This document shows positions 31,406 through 43,957 of a DNA stretch of 64,000 bases, piece after piece. A program made the translations under genes and the position numbers. Every line of letters begins with the position of its first letter. Within the stretch, counting starts at the first letter, position 1. The notes beneath the pieces were generated by a model. The model made no database searches, was not told where the DNA came from, and saw only the letters and a program-made list of their open reading frames with translations. Source of the stretch: Macrostomum hystrix (taxonomy: Eukaryota > Animalia > Platyhelminthes); contig CATNEN010000039.1 of NCBI GenBank assembly GCA_950097015.1, positions 558,001 to 622,000 on the forward strand, read 5' to 3'.

Positions 31406-34400
31406 CCAGCTATTCCGTGAGCAGAGTTGAGTCTGGAACCTCAGTACCAAAGCTGCCAGCTATTCCATGAGCAGAGTTGAGTCTGGAACCTCAGTACCAA
31501 AGCTGTCCAGCTATTCCGTGAGCAGAGTTGAGTCTGGAACCTCAGTACCAAAGCTGCCAGCTATTCCGTGAGCAGAGTTGAGTCTGGAACCTCAGTACCA
31601 AAGCTGCCAGCTATTCCATGAGCAGAGTTGAGTCTGGAACCTCAGTACCAAAGCTGCCAGCTATTCCGTGAGCAGAGTTGAGTCTGGAACCTCAGTACCA
31701 AAGCTGCCAGCTATTCCATGAGCAGAGTTGAGTCTGGAACCTCAGTACCAAAGCTGCCAGCTATTCCATGAGCAGAGTTGAGTCTGAAACCTCAGTACCA
31801 AAGCTGCCAGCTATTCCATGAGCAGAGTTGAGTCTGGAACCTCAGTACCAAAGCTGCCAGCTATTCCATGAGCAGAGTTGAGTCTGAAACCTCAGTACCA
31901 AAGCTGCCAGCTATTCCATGAGCAGAGTTGAGTCTGGAACCTCAGTACCAAAGCTGCCAGCTATTCCATGAGCAGAGTTGAGTCTGGAACCTCAGTACCA
32001 AAGCTGCCAGCTATTCCATGAGCAGAGTTGAGTCTGGAACCTCAGTACCAAAGCTGCCAGCTATTCCATGAGCAGAGTTGAGTCTGGAACCTCAGTACCA
32101 AAGCTGCCAGCTATTCCGTGAGCAGAGTTGAGTCTGGAACCTCAGTACCAAAGCTGCCAGCTATTCCATGAGCAGAGTTGAGTCTGGAACCTCAGTACCA
32201 AAGCTGTCAGCTATTCCATGAGCAGAGTTGAGTCTGGAACCTCAGTACCAAAGCTGTCAGCTATTCCATGAGCAGAGTTGAGTCTGGAACCTCAGTACCA
32301 AAGCTGCCAGCTATTCCGTGAGCAGAGTTGAGTCTGGAACCTCAGTACCAAAGCTGCCAGCTATTCCGTGAGCAGAGTTGAGTCTGGAACCTCAGAACCA
32401 AAGCTGCCAGCTATTCCATGAGCAGAGTTGAGTCTGGAACCTCAGTACCAAAGCTGTCAGCTATTCCATGAGCAGAGTTGAGTCTGGAACCTCAGTACCA
32501 AAGCTGCCAGCTATTCCATGAGCAGAGTTGAGTCTGGAACCTCAGTACCAAAGCTGTCCAGCTATTCCGTGAGCAGAGTTGAGTCTGGAACCTCAGTACC
32601 AAAGCTGCCAGCTATTCCGTGAGCAGAGTTGAGTCTGGAACCTCAGTACCAAAGCTGCCAGCTATTCCATGAGCAGAGTTGAGTCTGGAACCTCAGTACC
32701 AAAGCTGCCAGCTATTCCGTGAGCAGAGTTGAGTCTGGAACCTCAGTACCAAAGCTGCCAGCTATTCCATGAGCAGAGTTGAGTCTGGAACCTCAGTACC
32801 AAAGCTGCCAGCTATTCCATGAGCAGAGTTGAGTCTGAAACCTCAGTACCAAAGCTGCCAGCTATTCCATGAGCAGAGTTGAGTCTGGAACCTCAGTACC
32901 AAAGCTGCCAGCTATTCCATGAGCAGAGTTGAGTCTGGAACCTCAGTACCAAAGCTGCCAGCTATTCCATGAGCAGAGTTGAGTCTGGAACCTCAGTACC
33001 AAAGCTGCCAGCTATTCCATGAGCAGAGTTGAGTCTGGAACCTCAGTACCAAAGCTGCCAGCTATTCCGTGAGCAGAGTTGAGTCTGGAACCTCAGTACC
33101 AAAGCTGCCAGCTATTCCATGAGCAGAGTTGAGTCTGGAACCTCAGTACCAAAGCTGTCAGCTATTCCATGAGCAGAGTTGAGTCTGGAACCTCAGTACC
33201 AAAGCTGTCAGCTATTCCATGAGCAGAGTTGAGTCTGGAACCTCAGTACCAAAGCTGCCAGCTATTCCGTGAGCAGAGTTGAGTCTGGAACCTCAGTACC
33301 AAAGCTGCCAGCTATTCCGTGAGCAGAGTTGAGTCTGGAACCTCAGAACCAAAGCTGCCAGCTATTCCATGAGCAGAGTTGAGTCTGGAACCTCAGTACC
33401 AAAGCTGCCAGCTATTCCATGAGCAGAGTTGAGTCTGGAACCTCAGTACCAAAGCTGTCAGCTATTCCATGAGCAGAGTTGAGTCTGGAACCTCAGTACC
33501 AAAGCTGTCAGCTATTCCATGAGCAGAGTTGAGTCTGGAACCTCAGTACCAAAGCTGCCAGCTATTCCGTGAGCAGAGTTGAGTCTGGAACCTCAGTACC
33601 AAAGCTGCCAGCTATTCCGTGAGCAGAGTTGAGTCTGGAACCTCAGAACCAAAGCTGCCAGCTATTCCATGAGCAGAGTTGAGTCTGGAACCTCAGTACC
33701 AAAGCTGTCAGCTATTCCATGAGCAGAGTTGAGTCTGGAACCTCAGTACCAAAGCTGCCAGCTATTCCATGAGCAGAGTTGAGTCTGGAACCTCAGTACC
33801 AAAGCTGTCCAGCTATTCCGTGAGCAGAGTTGAGTCTGGAACCTCAGTACCAAAGCTGCCAGCTATTCCGTGAGCAGAGTTGAGTCTGGAACCTCAGTAC
33901 CAAAGCTGCCAGCTATTCCATGAGCAGAGTTGAGTCTGGAACCTCAGTACCAAAGCTGCCAGCTATTCCGTGAGCAGAGTTGAGTCTGGAACCTCAGTAC
34001 CAAAGCTGCCAGCTATTCCATGAGCAGAGTTGAGTCTGGAACCTCAGTACCAAAGCTGCCAGCTATTCCATGAGCAGAGTTGAGTCTGAAACCTCAGTAC
34101 CAAAGCTGCCAGCTATTCCATGAGCAGAGTTGAGTCTGGAACCTCAGTACCAAAGCTGCCAGCTATTCCATGAGCAGAGTTGAGTCTGGAACCTCAGTAC
34201 CAAAGCTGCCAGCTATTCCATGAGCAGAGTTGAGTCTGGAACCTCAGTACCAAAGCTGCCAGCTATTCCATGAGCAGAGTTGAGTCTGGAACCTCAGTAC
34301 CAAAGCTGCCAGCTATTCCGTGAGCAGAGTTGAGTCTGGAACCTCAGTACCAAAGCTGCCAGCTATTCCATGAGCAGAGTTGAGTCTGGAACCTCAGTAC

Positions 34401-35131
34401 CAAAGCTGTCAGCTATTCCATGAGCAGAGTTGAGTCTGGAACCTCAGTACCAAAGCTGTCAGCTATTCCATGAGCAGAGTTGAGTCTGGAACCTCAGTAC
34501 CAAAGCTGCCAGCTATTCCGTGAGCAGAGTTGAGTCTGGAACCTCAGTACCAAAGCTGCCAGCTATTCCGTGAGCAGAGTTGAGTCTGGAACCTCAGAAC
34601 CAAAGCTGCCAGCTATTCCATGAGCAGAGTTGAGTCTGGAACCTCAGTACCAAAGCTGTCAGCTATTCCATGAGCAGAGTTGAGTCTGGAACCTCAGTAC
34701 CAAAGCTGCCAGCTATTCCATGAGCAGAGTTGAGTCTGGAACCTCAGTACCAAAGCTGCCAGCTATTCCATGAGCAGAGTTGAGTCTGGAACCTCAGTAC
34801 CAAAGCTGCCAGCTATTCCATGAGCAGAGTTGAGTCTGGAACCTCAGAACCAAAGCTGCCAGCTATTCCATGAGCAGAGTTGAGTCTGGAACCTCAGTAC
34901 CAAAGCTGCCAGCTATTCCATGAGCAGAGTTGAGTCTGGAACCTCAGTACCAAAGCTGCCAGCTATTCCATGAGCAGAGTTGAGTCTGGAACCTCAGTAC
35001 CAAAGCTGCCAGCTATTCCATGAGCAGAGTTGAGTCTGGAACCTCAGTACCAAAGCTGCCAGCTATTCCATGAGCAGAGTTGAGTCTGGAACCTCAGTAC
35101 CAAAGCTGCCAGCTATTCCATGAGCAGAGTT
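31406..35131. repeat. 50-bp minisatellite (~74 copies)
   Basis: Unit ccagctattccatgagcagagttgagtctggaacctcagtaccaaagctg, highly homogeneous. Confidence 0.97.
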
Positions 35132-35380
35132 AAGCCCTTTGATTTAGCAAGCTCAGATTTTTTTGGCTGCTGAGTTTTCAAGCCGCTGGTTAGCAGTTGT
35201 GCTACACAAATTTTTTTGTATTTGTATTTTTTAAGCTTACTTTTTGTATTTAACTAATGTCAGTCACTGTAGCCTAGTCCCAATAGCATCCGTCTGCTCA
35301 CTGCTTACACAAATTTACTTACCGCCACACCTTACCAAATCAGTGTTAACGGCGTCCGCTACCACAGTCTGTGGTCAAAG

Positions 35381-37487
35381 CTGACAGTCCTCACTGCTTA
35401 AATGTCCTGAAGCCTGACAGTCCTCACTGCTTAAATGTCCTGAAGCCTGACAGTCCTCACTGCTTAAATGTCCTGAAGCCTGACAGTCCTCACTTCCTGA
35501 ATGTCCTGAAGCCTGACAGTCCTCACTGCTTAAATGTCCTGAAGCCTGACAGTCCTCACTGCTTAAATGTCCTGAAGCCTGACAGTCCTCACTGCCTGAA
35601 TGTCCTGAAGCCTGACAGTCCTTACTGCCTGAATGTCCTGAAGCCTGACAGTCCTCACTGCTTAAATGTCCTGAAGCCTGACAGTCCTCACTGCTTAAAT
35701 GTCCTGAAGCCTGACAGTCCTCACTGCCTGAATGTCCTGAAGCCTGACAGTCCTCACTGCTTAAATGTCCTGAAGCCTGACAGTCCTCACTGCTTAAATG
35801 TCCAGAAGCCTGACAGTCCTCACTGCTTAAATGTCCTGAAGCCTGACAGTCCTCACTGCTTAAATGTCCTGAAGCCTGACAGTCCTCACTGCCTGAATGT
35901 CCTGAAGCCTGACAGTCCTCACTGCCTGAATGTCCTGAAGCCTGACAGTCCCCACTGCTTAAATGTCCTGAAGCCTGACAGTCCCCACTGCTTAAATGTC
36001 CTGAAGCCTGACAGTCCCCACTGCTTAAATGTCCTGAAGCCTGACAGTCCTCACTGCTTAAATGTCCGGAAGCCTGACAGTCCTCACTGCTTAAATGTCC
36101 TGAAGCCTGACAGTCCTCACTGCCTGAATGTCCTGAAGCCTGACAGTCCTCACTGCCTGAATGTCCTGAAGCCTGACAGTCCCCACTGCTTAAATGTCCT
36201 GAAGCCTGACAGTCCTCACTGCTTAAATGTCCTGAAGCCTGACAGTCCTCACTTCCTGAATGTCCTGAAGCCTGACAGTCCTCACTGCTTAAATGTCCTG
36301 AAGCCTGACAGTCCTCACTGCTTAAATGTCCGGAAGCCTGACAGTCCTCACTGCTTAAATGTCCTGAAGCCTGACAGTCCTCACTGCCTGAATGTCCTGA
36401 AGCCTGACAGTCCTTACTGCCTGAATGTCCTGAAGCCTGACAGTCCTCACTGCCTGAATGTCCTGAAGCCTGACAGTCCTCACTGCCTGAATGTCCTGAA
36501 GCCTGACAGTCCTCACTGCTTAAATGTCCTGAAGCCTGACAGTCCCCACTGCTTAAATGTCCTGAAGCCTGACAGTCCCCACTGCTTAAATGTCCTGAAG
36601 CCTGACAGTCCTCACTGCTTAAATGTCCGGAAGCCTGACAGTCCTCACTGCTTAAATGTCCTGAAGCCTGACAGTCCTCACTGCCTGAATGTCCTGAAGC
36701 CTGACAGTCCCCACTGCTTAAATGTCCTGAAGCCTGACAGTCCTCACTGCTTAAATGTCCTGAAGCCTGACAGTCCTCACTTCCTGAATGTCCTGAAGCC
36801 TGACAGTCCTCACTGCTTAAATGTCCTGAAGCCTGACAGTCCTCACTGCTTAAATGTCCGGAAGCCTGACAGTCCTCACTGCTTAAATGTCCTGAAGCCT
36901 GACAGTCCTCACTGCCTGAATGTCCTGAAGCCTGACAGTCCCCACTGCTTAAATGTCCTGAAGCCTGACAGTCCTCACTGCTTAAATGTCCTGAAGCCTG
37001 ACAGTCCTCACTTCCTGAATGTCCTGAAGCCTGACAGTCCTCACTGCTTAAATGTCCTGAAGCCTGACAGTCCTCACTGCTTAAATGTCCGGAAGCCTGA
37101 CAGTCCTCACTGCTTAAATGTCCTGAAGCCTGACAGTCCTCACTGCCTGAATGTCCTGAAGCCTGACAGTCCTCACTGCCTGAATGTCCTGAAGCCTGAC
37201 AGTCCTCACTGCTTAAATGTCCTGAAGCCTGACAGTCCTCACTGCCTGAATGTCCTGAAGCCTGACAGTCCTCACTGCGTGAATGTCCTGAAGCCTGACA
37301 GTCCTCACTGCCCGAATGTCCTGAAGCCTGACAGTCCTCACTGCCTGAATGTCCTCAAGCCTGACAGTCCTCACTGCGTGAATGTCCTGAAGCCTGACAG
37401 TCCTCACTGCCTGAATGTCCTCAAGCCTGACAGTCCTCACTGCGTGAATGTCCTGAAGCCTGACAGTCCTCACTGCGTGAATGTCCC
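35381..37487. repeat. 30-bp minisatellite (~70 copies)
   Basis: Unit ctgacagtcctcactgcttaaatgtcctgaagc-type with period 30. It produces the 707-aa KPDSPHCLNV pseudo-ORF. Confidence 0.97.
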
Positions 37488-38117
37488 AAAGTGAGCTGGT
37501 CCTTTGTATTTTGCATTACATTCTATAATTGCGAGTTCACAAGATTCCTCAGTCAAGCATAATGCTGGTAGCGTGCCAGCTACCTAAAGTTAATTTGCTA
37601 GAAGTGGCATTGATTGCCTTACTAATTTTGCGCTAGTTGCCATCCTCAAGTCGTAGCTGCTGTCAGTTGTCAACAGGTATCGACTCCGCTTAACCAACTA
37701 TTTTAGCTTTTTACAATATTACTGACACACTTACATTGCGATGTACAGAGAGTTTTGTCACATTTCCCAATCGGGCTGTAGCCAGCCCGTCTGTGTCTGC
37801 ATCTGTAGCTCTAGTCGTGTTTTCATTGTCCCTTCGTCCTATCCACACGGTCTGTGCTGTGGCTTTTTAGCAGCCAGCTTTTTCATTCTAATTTTCAATT
37901 CTTTTTTTTCACGATGACTTTTAAGCTCTACCAATGAGCAGCGTTAGCCGCAGTTTTAGATTTGTTTAGAATCTCTGCAAGCTTTCTGTACTTTAGTGGT
38001 TAGTGATTAAGTGTCTCACCTGCCCAGTGCTGCTGGTTCTGCAAATCCTTAGGCTTGATTTTCTATATCTTTGTTTATATTGATCTGTTACTGAGTGGAT
38101 GCTGTGCTAAATTTTGA

Positions 38118-38900
38118 GCTGTGCTGTATGCTGTTCTGCATGCTGTATGCTGTGCTGTATGCTGTGCTGTATGCTGTGCTGTATGCTGTATGCTGTGCTG
38201 TATGCTGTTCTGCATGCTGTATGCTGTGCTGTATGCTGTATGCTGTACTGTATGCTGTATGCTGTTCTGTATGCTGTGCTGTATGCTGTTCTCCATGCTG
38301 TATGCTGTGCTGTATGCTGTTCTGCATGCTGTATGCTGCGCTGTATGCTGTGCTGTATGCTGTGCTGTATGCTGTGCTGTATGCTGTATGCTGTGCTGTA
38401 TGCTGTGCTGTATGCTGTGCTGTATGCTGTGCTGTATGCTGTTCTGCATGCTGTATGCTGTGCTGTATGCTGTATGCTGTTCTGCATGCTGTATGCTGTG
38501 CTGTATGCTGTATGCTGTTCTGCATGCTGTATGCTGTGCTGTATGCTGTATGCTGTTCTGCATGCTGTATGCTGTGCTGTATGCTGTTCTGCATGCTGTA
38601 TGCTGTGCTGTATGCTGTTCTGCATGCTGTATGCTGTGCTGTATGCTGTGCTGTATGCTGTTCTGCATGCTGTATGCTGTGCTGTATGCTGTGCTGTATG
38701 CTGTGCTGTATGCTGTGCTGTATGCTGTGCTGTATGCTGTATGCTGTGCTGTATGCTGTTCTCCATGCTGTATGCTGTCCTGTAGGTTGTGCTGTAGGCT
38801 GTGCTGTAGGCAGTAGGCCGTGCTGTAGGCTGTAGGCTGTGCTGTAGGCTGTAGGCTGTGCTGTAGTCTGTGCTGTTGGCTGTGCTGTTGGCTGTGCTGT
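38118..38900. repeat. Complex simple repeat built from tgctg and tatgctg units
   Basis: Mixed 5-bp and 7-bp units (tgtgc, tgtatgc, tgttc). Confidence 0.95.
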
Positions 38901-39425
38901 ATAATACGCTATACTATGCTGTACTATGCATTGTATTGAATGCTATACTGATATACTAGCGGTGACAGAACCGGCAGTTGTGAAGCTCGTGTCAACAGAA
39001 TTCGCATTGTTTTCTATCAAGTCCAGCGTATTTTTTGCAAAAGCAAAGTGCATCCAGCTGCACTTTTACTGTGTCCTATTCACTTGGTTTCACGGTGATC
39101 AAATACAAACTAGTCTAGTCCATGTAGAAATCGCTACTGCTCTTGGCTTATTATTTATTTTGACTCTAAAAATGCTCATGAAGGCTTTCAGTCAAAGGCT
39201 GGCATTTTCCTGGCGTTGTCCGAATTCAGTGCTTTTCATGGACTAAGCCCAAACTGTCTGTTCCGGAGTGCAGATCTCAACTCTCTGTTAATCTCCCTTT
39301 CCAGCCCTACAACGCTTCTGTGTGCTCTGACTCAGTCCGTGATTGGCTCATCTGAGAGCAGGTAAATCTGATCAGGTGTCAGGTGTCAGAAAGCCTCACT
39401 CAGGTGTCTAACTGCTCGACAGAAA

Positions 39426-42400
39426 ATGCTGGGCCGCCGCAGCTGCTGCAGGATATCTATACGGCATCTGGTGCTGCTGCTACTGCTATTGCCGTTTGCC
39501 GTAACACAAGTTCACTCTGGCGATCCAGGCGACCTGTACGCCAGCACTGACGGGATCACGCCTCTGAATTTCAGCGAACTCAGGTCTACAGTCTACAGCC
39601 TAAACAGAAAGACACACTGGCTGCTGCAGGTTTACAACAACTTCTGCGGCCATTGCATCACGTACTCTCGCGAATTCAAGCAGCTGGCCCTGCAGCTATG
39701 GCGTGAGTAGTGTGAGATGGTGCAGTGACAGGTGTGTGAGATGGTTCAGTGACAGGTGTGTGAGATGGTGCAGTGACAGGTGTGTGAGATGGTGCAGTGA
39801 CAGGTGTGTGAGATGGTTCAGTGACAGGTGTGTGAGATGGTGCAGTGACAGGTGTGTGAGATGGTGCAGTGACAGGTGTGTGAGATGGTGCAGTGACAGG
39901 TGTGTGAGATGGTGCAGTGACAGGTGTGTGAGATGGTTCAGTGACATGTTTGTGAGATGGTACAGTGACAGGTGTGTGAGATGGTGCAGTGACATGTTTG
40001 TGAGATGGTGCAGTGACAGGTGTGTGAGATGGTTCAGTGACATGTTTGTGAGATGGTGCAGTGACATGTTTGTGAGATGGTGCAGTGACATGTTTGTGAG
40101 ATGGTGCAGTGACATGTTTGTGAGATGGTACAGTGACATGTTTGTGAGATGGTGCAGTGACATGTTTGTGAGATGGTGCAGTGACAGGTGTGTGAGATGG
40201 TGCAGTGACAGGTGTGTGAGATGGTGCAGTGACAGGTGTGTGAGATGGTGCAGTGACAGGTGTGTGAGATGGTACAGTGACAGGTGTGTGAGATGGTACA
40301 GTGACAGGTGTGTGAGATGGTACAGTGACAGGTGTGTGAGATGGTACAGTGACAGGTGTGTGAGATGGTGCAGTGACAGGTGTGTGAGATGGTACAGTGA
40401 CAGGTGTGTGAGATGGTGCAGTGACAGGTGTGTGAGATGGTACAGTGACGGTTGTGTGAGATGGTACAGTGACAGGTGTGTGAGATGGTGCAGTGACGGT
40501 TGTGTGAGATGGTTCAGTGACATGTTTGTGAGATGGTACAGTGACAGGTGTGTGAGATGGTACAGTGACAGGTGTGTGAGATGTTTCAGTGACATGTTTG
40601 TGAGATAGTGCAGTGACAGGTGTGTGAAATGGTGCAGTGAAGGTTGTGTGAGATGGGAGATATTGCAGTTACCAATAGGTATTCCATATTTTCAAGCTGA
40701 GCAGTTCATTCGCATTATAGCCTGGCGCCGCACGCTTCGCATCGGTGTGATCAATGTGGCCTCGGCCGCCAACTCGCAGGCGATGCGGCACTTTGAAGTC
40801 TCTGCCGTGCCCGCCCTGTTGTACGTGGCGCCCGACTGCACCTGGGATGGAAAATTCTCGGCTGTCCTACCGAGCGACACCAAAGTGCTGCCCACCCGCC
40901 TGCTGGACCTCCTGCAGCAGTCCGTGCCTGAGCTGGCGCCGATGTTACCCGGGTGAGCACCGCTTCAGAAAGGCCTTTAAGAGTTATATTCTAAAATAAT
41001 TAAGCTGTGCTAGCAACACTTCATGATCCCTGCCACACTCCATGATCCCTGCCACACTTCATGATCCCTGCCACACTTCATGATCCCTGCCACACTTCAT
41101 GATCCCTGCCACACTCCATGATCCCTGCCACACTCCATGATCCCTGCCACACTCCATGATCCCTGCCACACTCCATGATCCCTGCCACACTCCATGATCC
41201 CTGCCACACTTCATGATCCCTGCCACACTCCATGATCCCTTCCACACTCCATCATCCCTGCCACACTCCATGATCCCTTCCACACTCCATGATCCCTGCC
41301 ACACTCCATGATCCCTGCCACACTCCATGATCCCTGCCACACTCCATGATCCCTGCCACACTCCATGATCCCTGCCACACTCCATGATCCCTGCCACACT
41401 CCATGATCCCTGCCACACTCCATGATCCCTGCCACACTCCATGATCCCTGCCACAGTCCATGATCCCTGCCACACTCCATGATCCCTGCCACACTCCATG
41501 ATCCCTGTCACACTCCATGATCCCTGCCACATTCCATGATCCCTGCCACACTCCATGATCCCTGCCACACTCCATGATCCCTGCCACACTCCATGATCCC
41601 TTCCACACTCCATCATCCCTGCCACACTCCATGATCCCTTCCACACTCCATGATCCCTGCCACACTCCATGATCCCTTCCACACTCCATGATCCCTGCCA
41701 CACTCCATGATCCCTGCCACACTCCATGATCCCTGCCACACTCCATGATCCCTTCCACACTCCATGATCCCTGCCACACTCCATGATCCCTGCCACACTC
41801 CATGATCCCTGCCACACTCCATGATCCCTGCCACACTCCATGATTCCTGCCACACTCCATGATCCCTGTCACACTCCATGATCCCTGCCACACTCCATGA
41901 GCACTGCCACACTCCATGAGCACTGCCACACTCCATGAGCACTGCCACAGTCCATGAGCACTGCCACACTCCATGAGCACTGCCACAGTCCATGAGCACT
42001 GCCACTAAAGATCAGGGTAAACCCTCCCACAGAGAGACACGCAACTGCAACTTTATGCTAAAAGAGCCGCCGCCTGGCCTTCTGGCCCGCGGCCTTATCC
42101 TGGAAGCCCCACCAAGCCTCCGCTTGTGCTGGCTTCCCGCGGCCGACTCAGCCGACTACGTGGAGGTCAAGCGTGTGCGCGCGGACGGCTCGACAGGGCC
42201 TGCGAAATCGGCGAGCTCTGCGGCCAGCCTCCGTCACCTCCTAGGCCTCCCGCAGCCTGCTGATCCACAGTCTAAAGCCGCCACCACTGCCCCTGCACTG
42301 GCGGTGCAGTTACCACGTCCGCCGACCCGCACGGACATAGAAAGCGCTCTGATCCGCGCCCTTCTGTCTGACGCAATGCTGGCTGGGCCCAGCCGGCCCG

Positions 42401-43775
42401 AAGTTTGGCGGGCAGCGCGCGGGCTCGCCGGCTTGGCCGCTGCGCTGCTGCCGGCCGCCGGTCGCCTGGCCGCCGCCATGCCTGAAGACCCGCCCGCCGC
42501 CTTTTCTGATGAGGACGCGGCCGATTCTGGCTGGAAGCGTCTGCTATCCCAGGCTGGTTTCCCGCAGGAACCACCCGACCTCTGGGAGGCCTGCATCGGC
42601 TCCAAGCCCATGCTCAGGGGATACCCCTGCGGTCTCTGGCAGGTAACTCTCACCTCTCCCCATGATTGACTGTTGCACAGCTGTTCCAACCCCACACCCA
42701 CCTAATTGGCAGCTGTTCCACACCCACACCCACCTAATTGACAGCTGTTCCACACCCCACACCCACCTAATTGGCAGCTGTTCCACACCCCACACCCACC
42801 TAATTGGCAGCTGTTCCACACCCACCCAATCCGCAGCTGTTCCACACCCCACACTTACCCAATCCGCAGCTGTTCCACACCCACCCAATCCGCAGCTGTT
42901 CCACACCCCACACTTACCCAATCCGCAGCTGTTCCACACCCAACCCAATCCGCAGCTGTTCCACACCCACCCAATCCGCAGCTGTTCCACACCCCACACC
43001 CACCCAATCCGCAGCTGTTCCACACCCACCCAATCCGCAGCTGTTCCACACCCCACACCCACCCAATCCGCAGCTGTTCCACACCCACCCAATCTGCAGC
43101 TGTTCCACACCTCACACCCACCCAATCCGCAGCTGTTCCACACCCACCCAATCCGCAGCTGTTCCACACCCCACACCCACCCAATCCGCAGCTGTTCCAC
43201 ACCCACCCAATCCGCAGCTGTTCCACACCCACCCAATCCGCAGCTGTTCTACACCCCACACCCACCCAATCCGCAGCTGTTCCACACCCACCCAATCCGC
43301 AGCTGTTCCACACCCACCCAATCCGCATCTGTTCCACACCCCACACCCACCCAATCCGCAGCTGTTCCACACCCCACACCCACCCAATCCGCAGCTGTTC
43401 CACACCTTGATGGCGCTGCGCGTCCAGTCTGGCGTTGCCGCCTCGCCGCCTGTGGCGCCGGTACTTCGCGCCTTCATCATCAGCAGCTTCTCCTGTAGTT
43501 GGTGCGGGCGGAACTTTGCCCGCGAGTCATCTGACCTGCCAGCTGAGCCGATGTCGCCTCGCCAAGAACTCCTGTGGCTTTGGCGTCTCCACAATCGTGT
43601 CAACCGGCGCCTGGCTGGCCGGCCATCCGAGGATCCCGCACACCCCAAGCTGCAGTTTCCCCCGGTGGCCCTGTGCCCCCACTGCGGCGGCAACGAGGAT
43701 GCCCTGGTGGACTTCCTTGTGCGCTGGTACACTGCCTGGCGCCGAGGCTCTGCTGGAATCCAAGCAATGGTCTGA
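39426..43775 (+). CDS. QSOX: Quiescin sulfhydryl oxidase (QSOX family); exons 39426-39702, 40721-40952, 42033-42642, 43395-43775
   Basis: Signal peptide and thioredoxin motif FCGHC. ERV/ALR domain: C.GSKP..RGYPCGLWQ|LFHTL, FSCSWC, LLWLWRLHNRVNRRLAG..SEDP..PKLQFP...CP.C. The GT-AG junctions are phase-consistent (1, 2, 0). Confidence 0.9.
39710..40655. repeat. 24-bp minisatellite in QSOX intron 1
   Basis: Unit gtgtgagatggtgcagtgacaggt, about 39 copies. Confidence 0.95.
41016..42005. repeat. 19-bp minisatellite in QSOX intron 2
   Basis: Unit catgatccctgccacactc, shifting to catgagcactgccacactc at the 3' end. Confidence 0.95.
42676..43406. repeat. 25/32-bp minisatellite in QSOX intron 3, overlapping the start of exon 4
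   Basis: Unit cacccaatccgcagctgttccacac(cccacac). The last unit supplies the real acceptor and the codons for LFHT. Confidence 0.93.
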
Positions 43776-43957
43776 CTGCTATTGCTGACTTGGTACGCAG
43801 CAACTCTGAACTGAACGGATCTGTACTCTGTAGGAGGAACGACTGTTTGCACAGCTGGTGCATGGCGTGTATCATTTTTCTGAACTCATTTTTCTATATA
43901 TAGCTCGTACTGTTCATGTGAAATTGTGTGCGAAAGAGAGCGGGTTCCTTGAATTCG

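Noticed and set aside
35371-37494. 707-aa (KPDSPHCLNV)n ORF
   Set aside because: A 30-bp unit lacking stops in one frame, with a GTG start and no unique flanking coding sequence. Coding cannot be excluded without RNA data but is unsupported.
38075-38835. Cys-rich or His/Gln-rich ORFs in several frames
   Set aside because: These are simple-repeat translations.
39696-43498. Multiple repetitive ORFs inside QSOX
   Set aside because: They are translations of intronic minisatellites.
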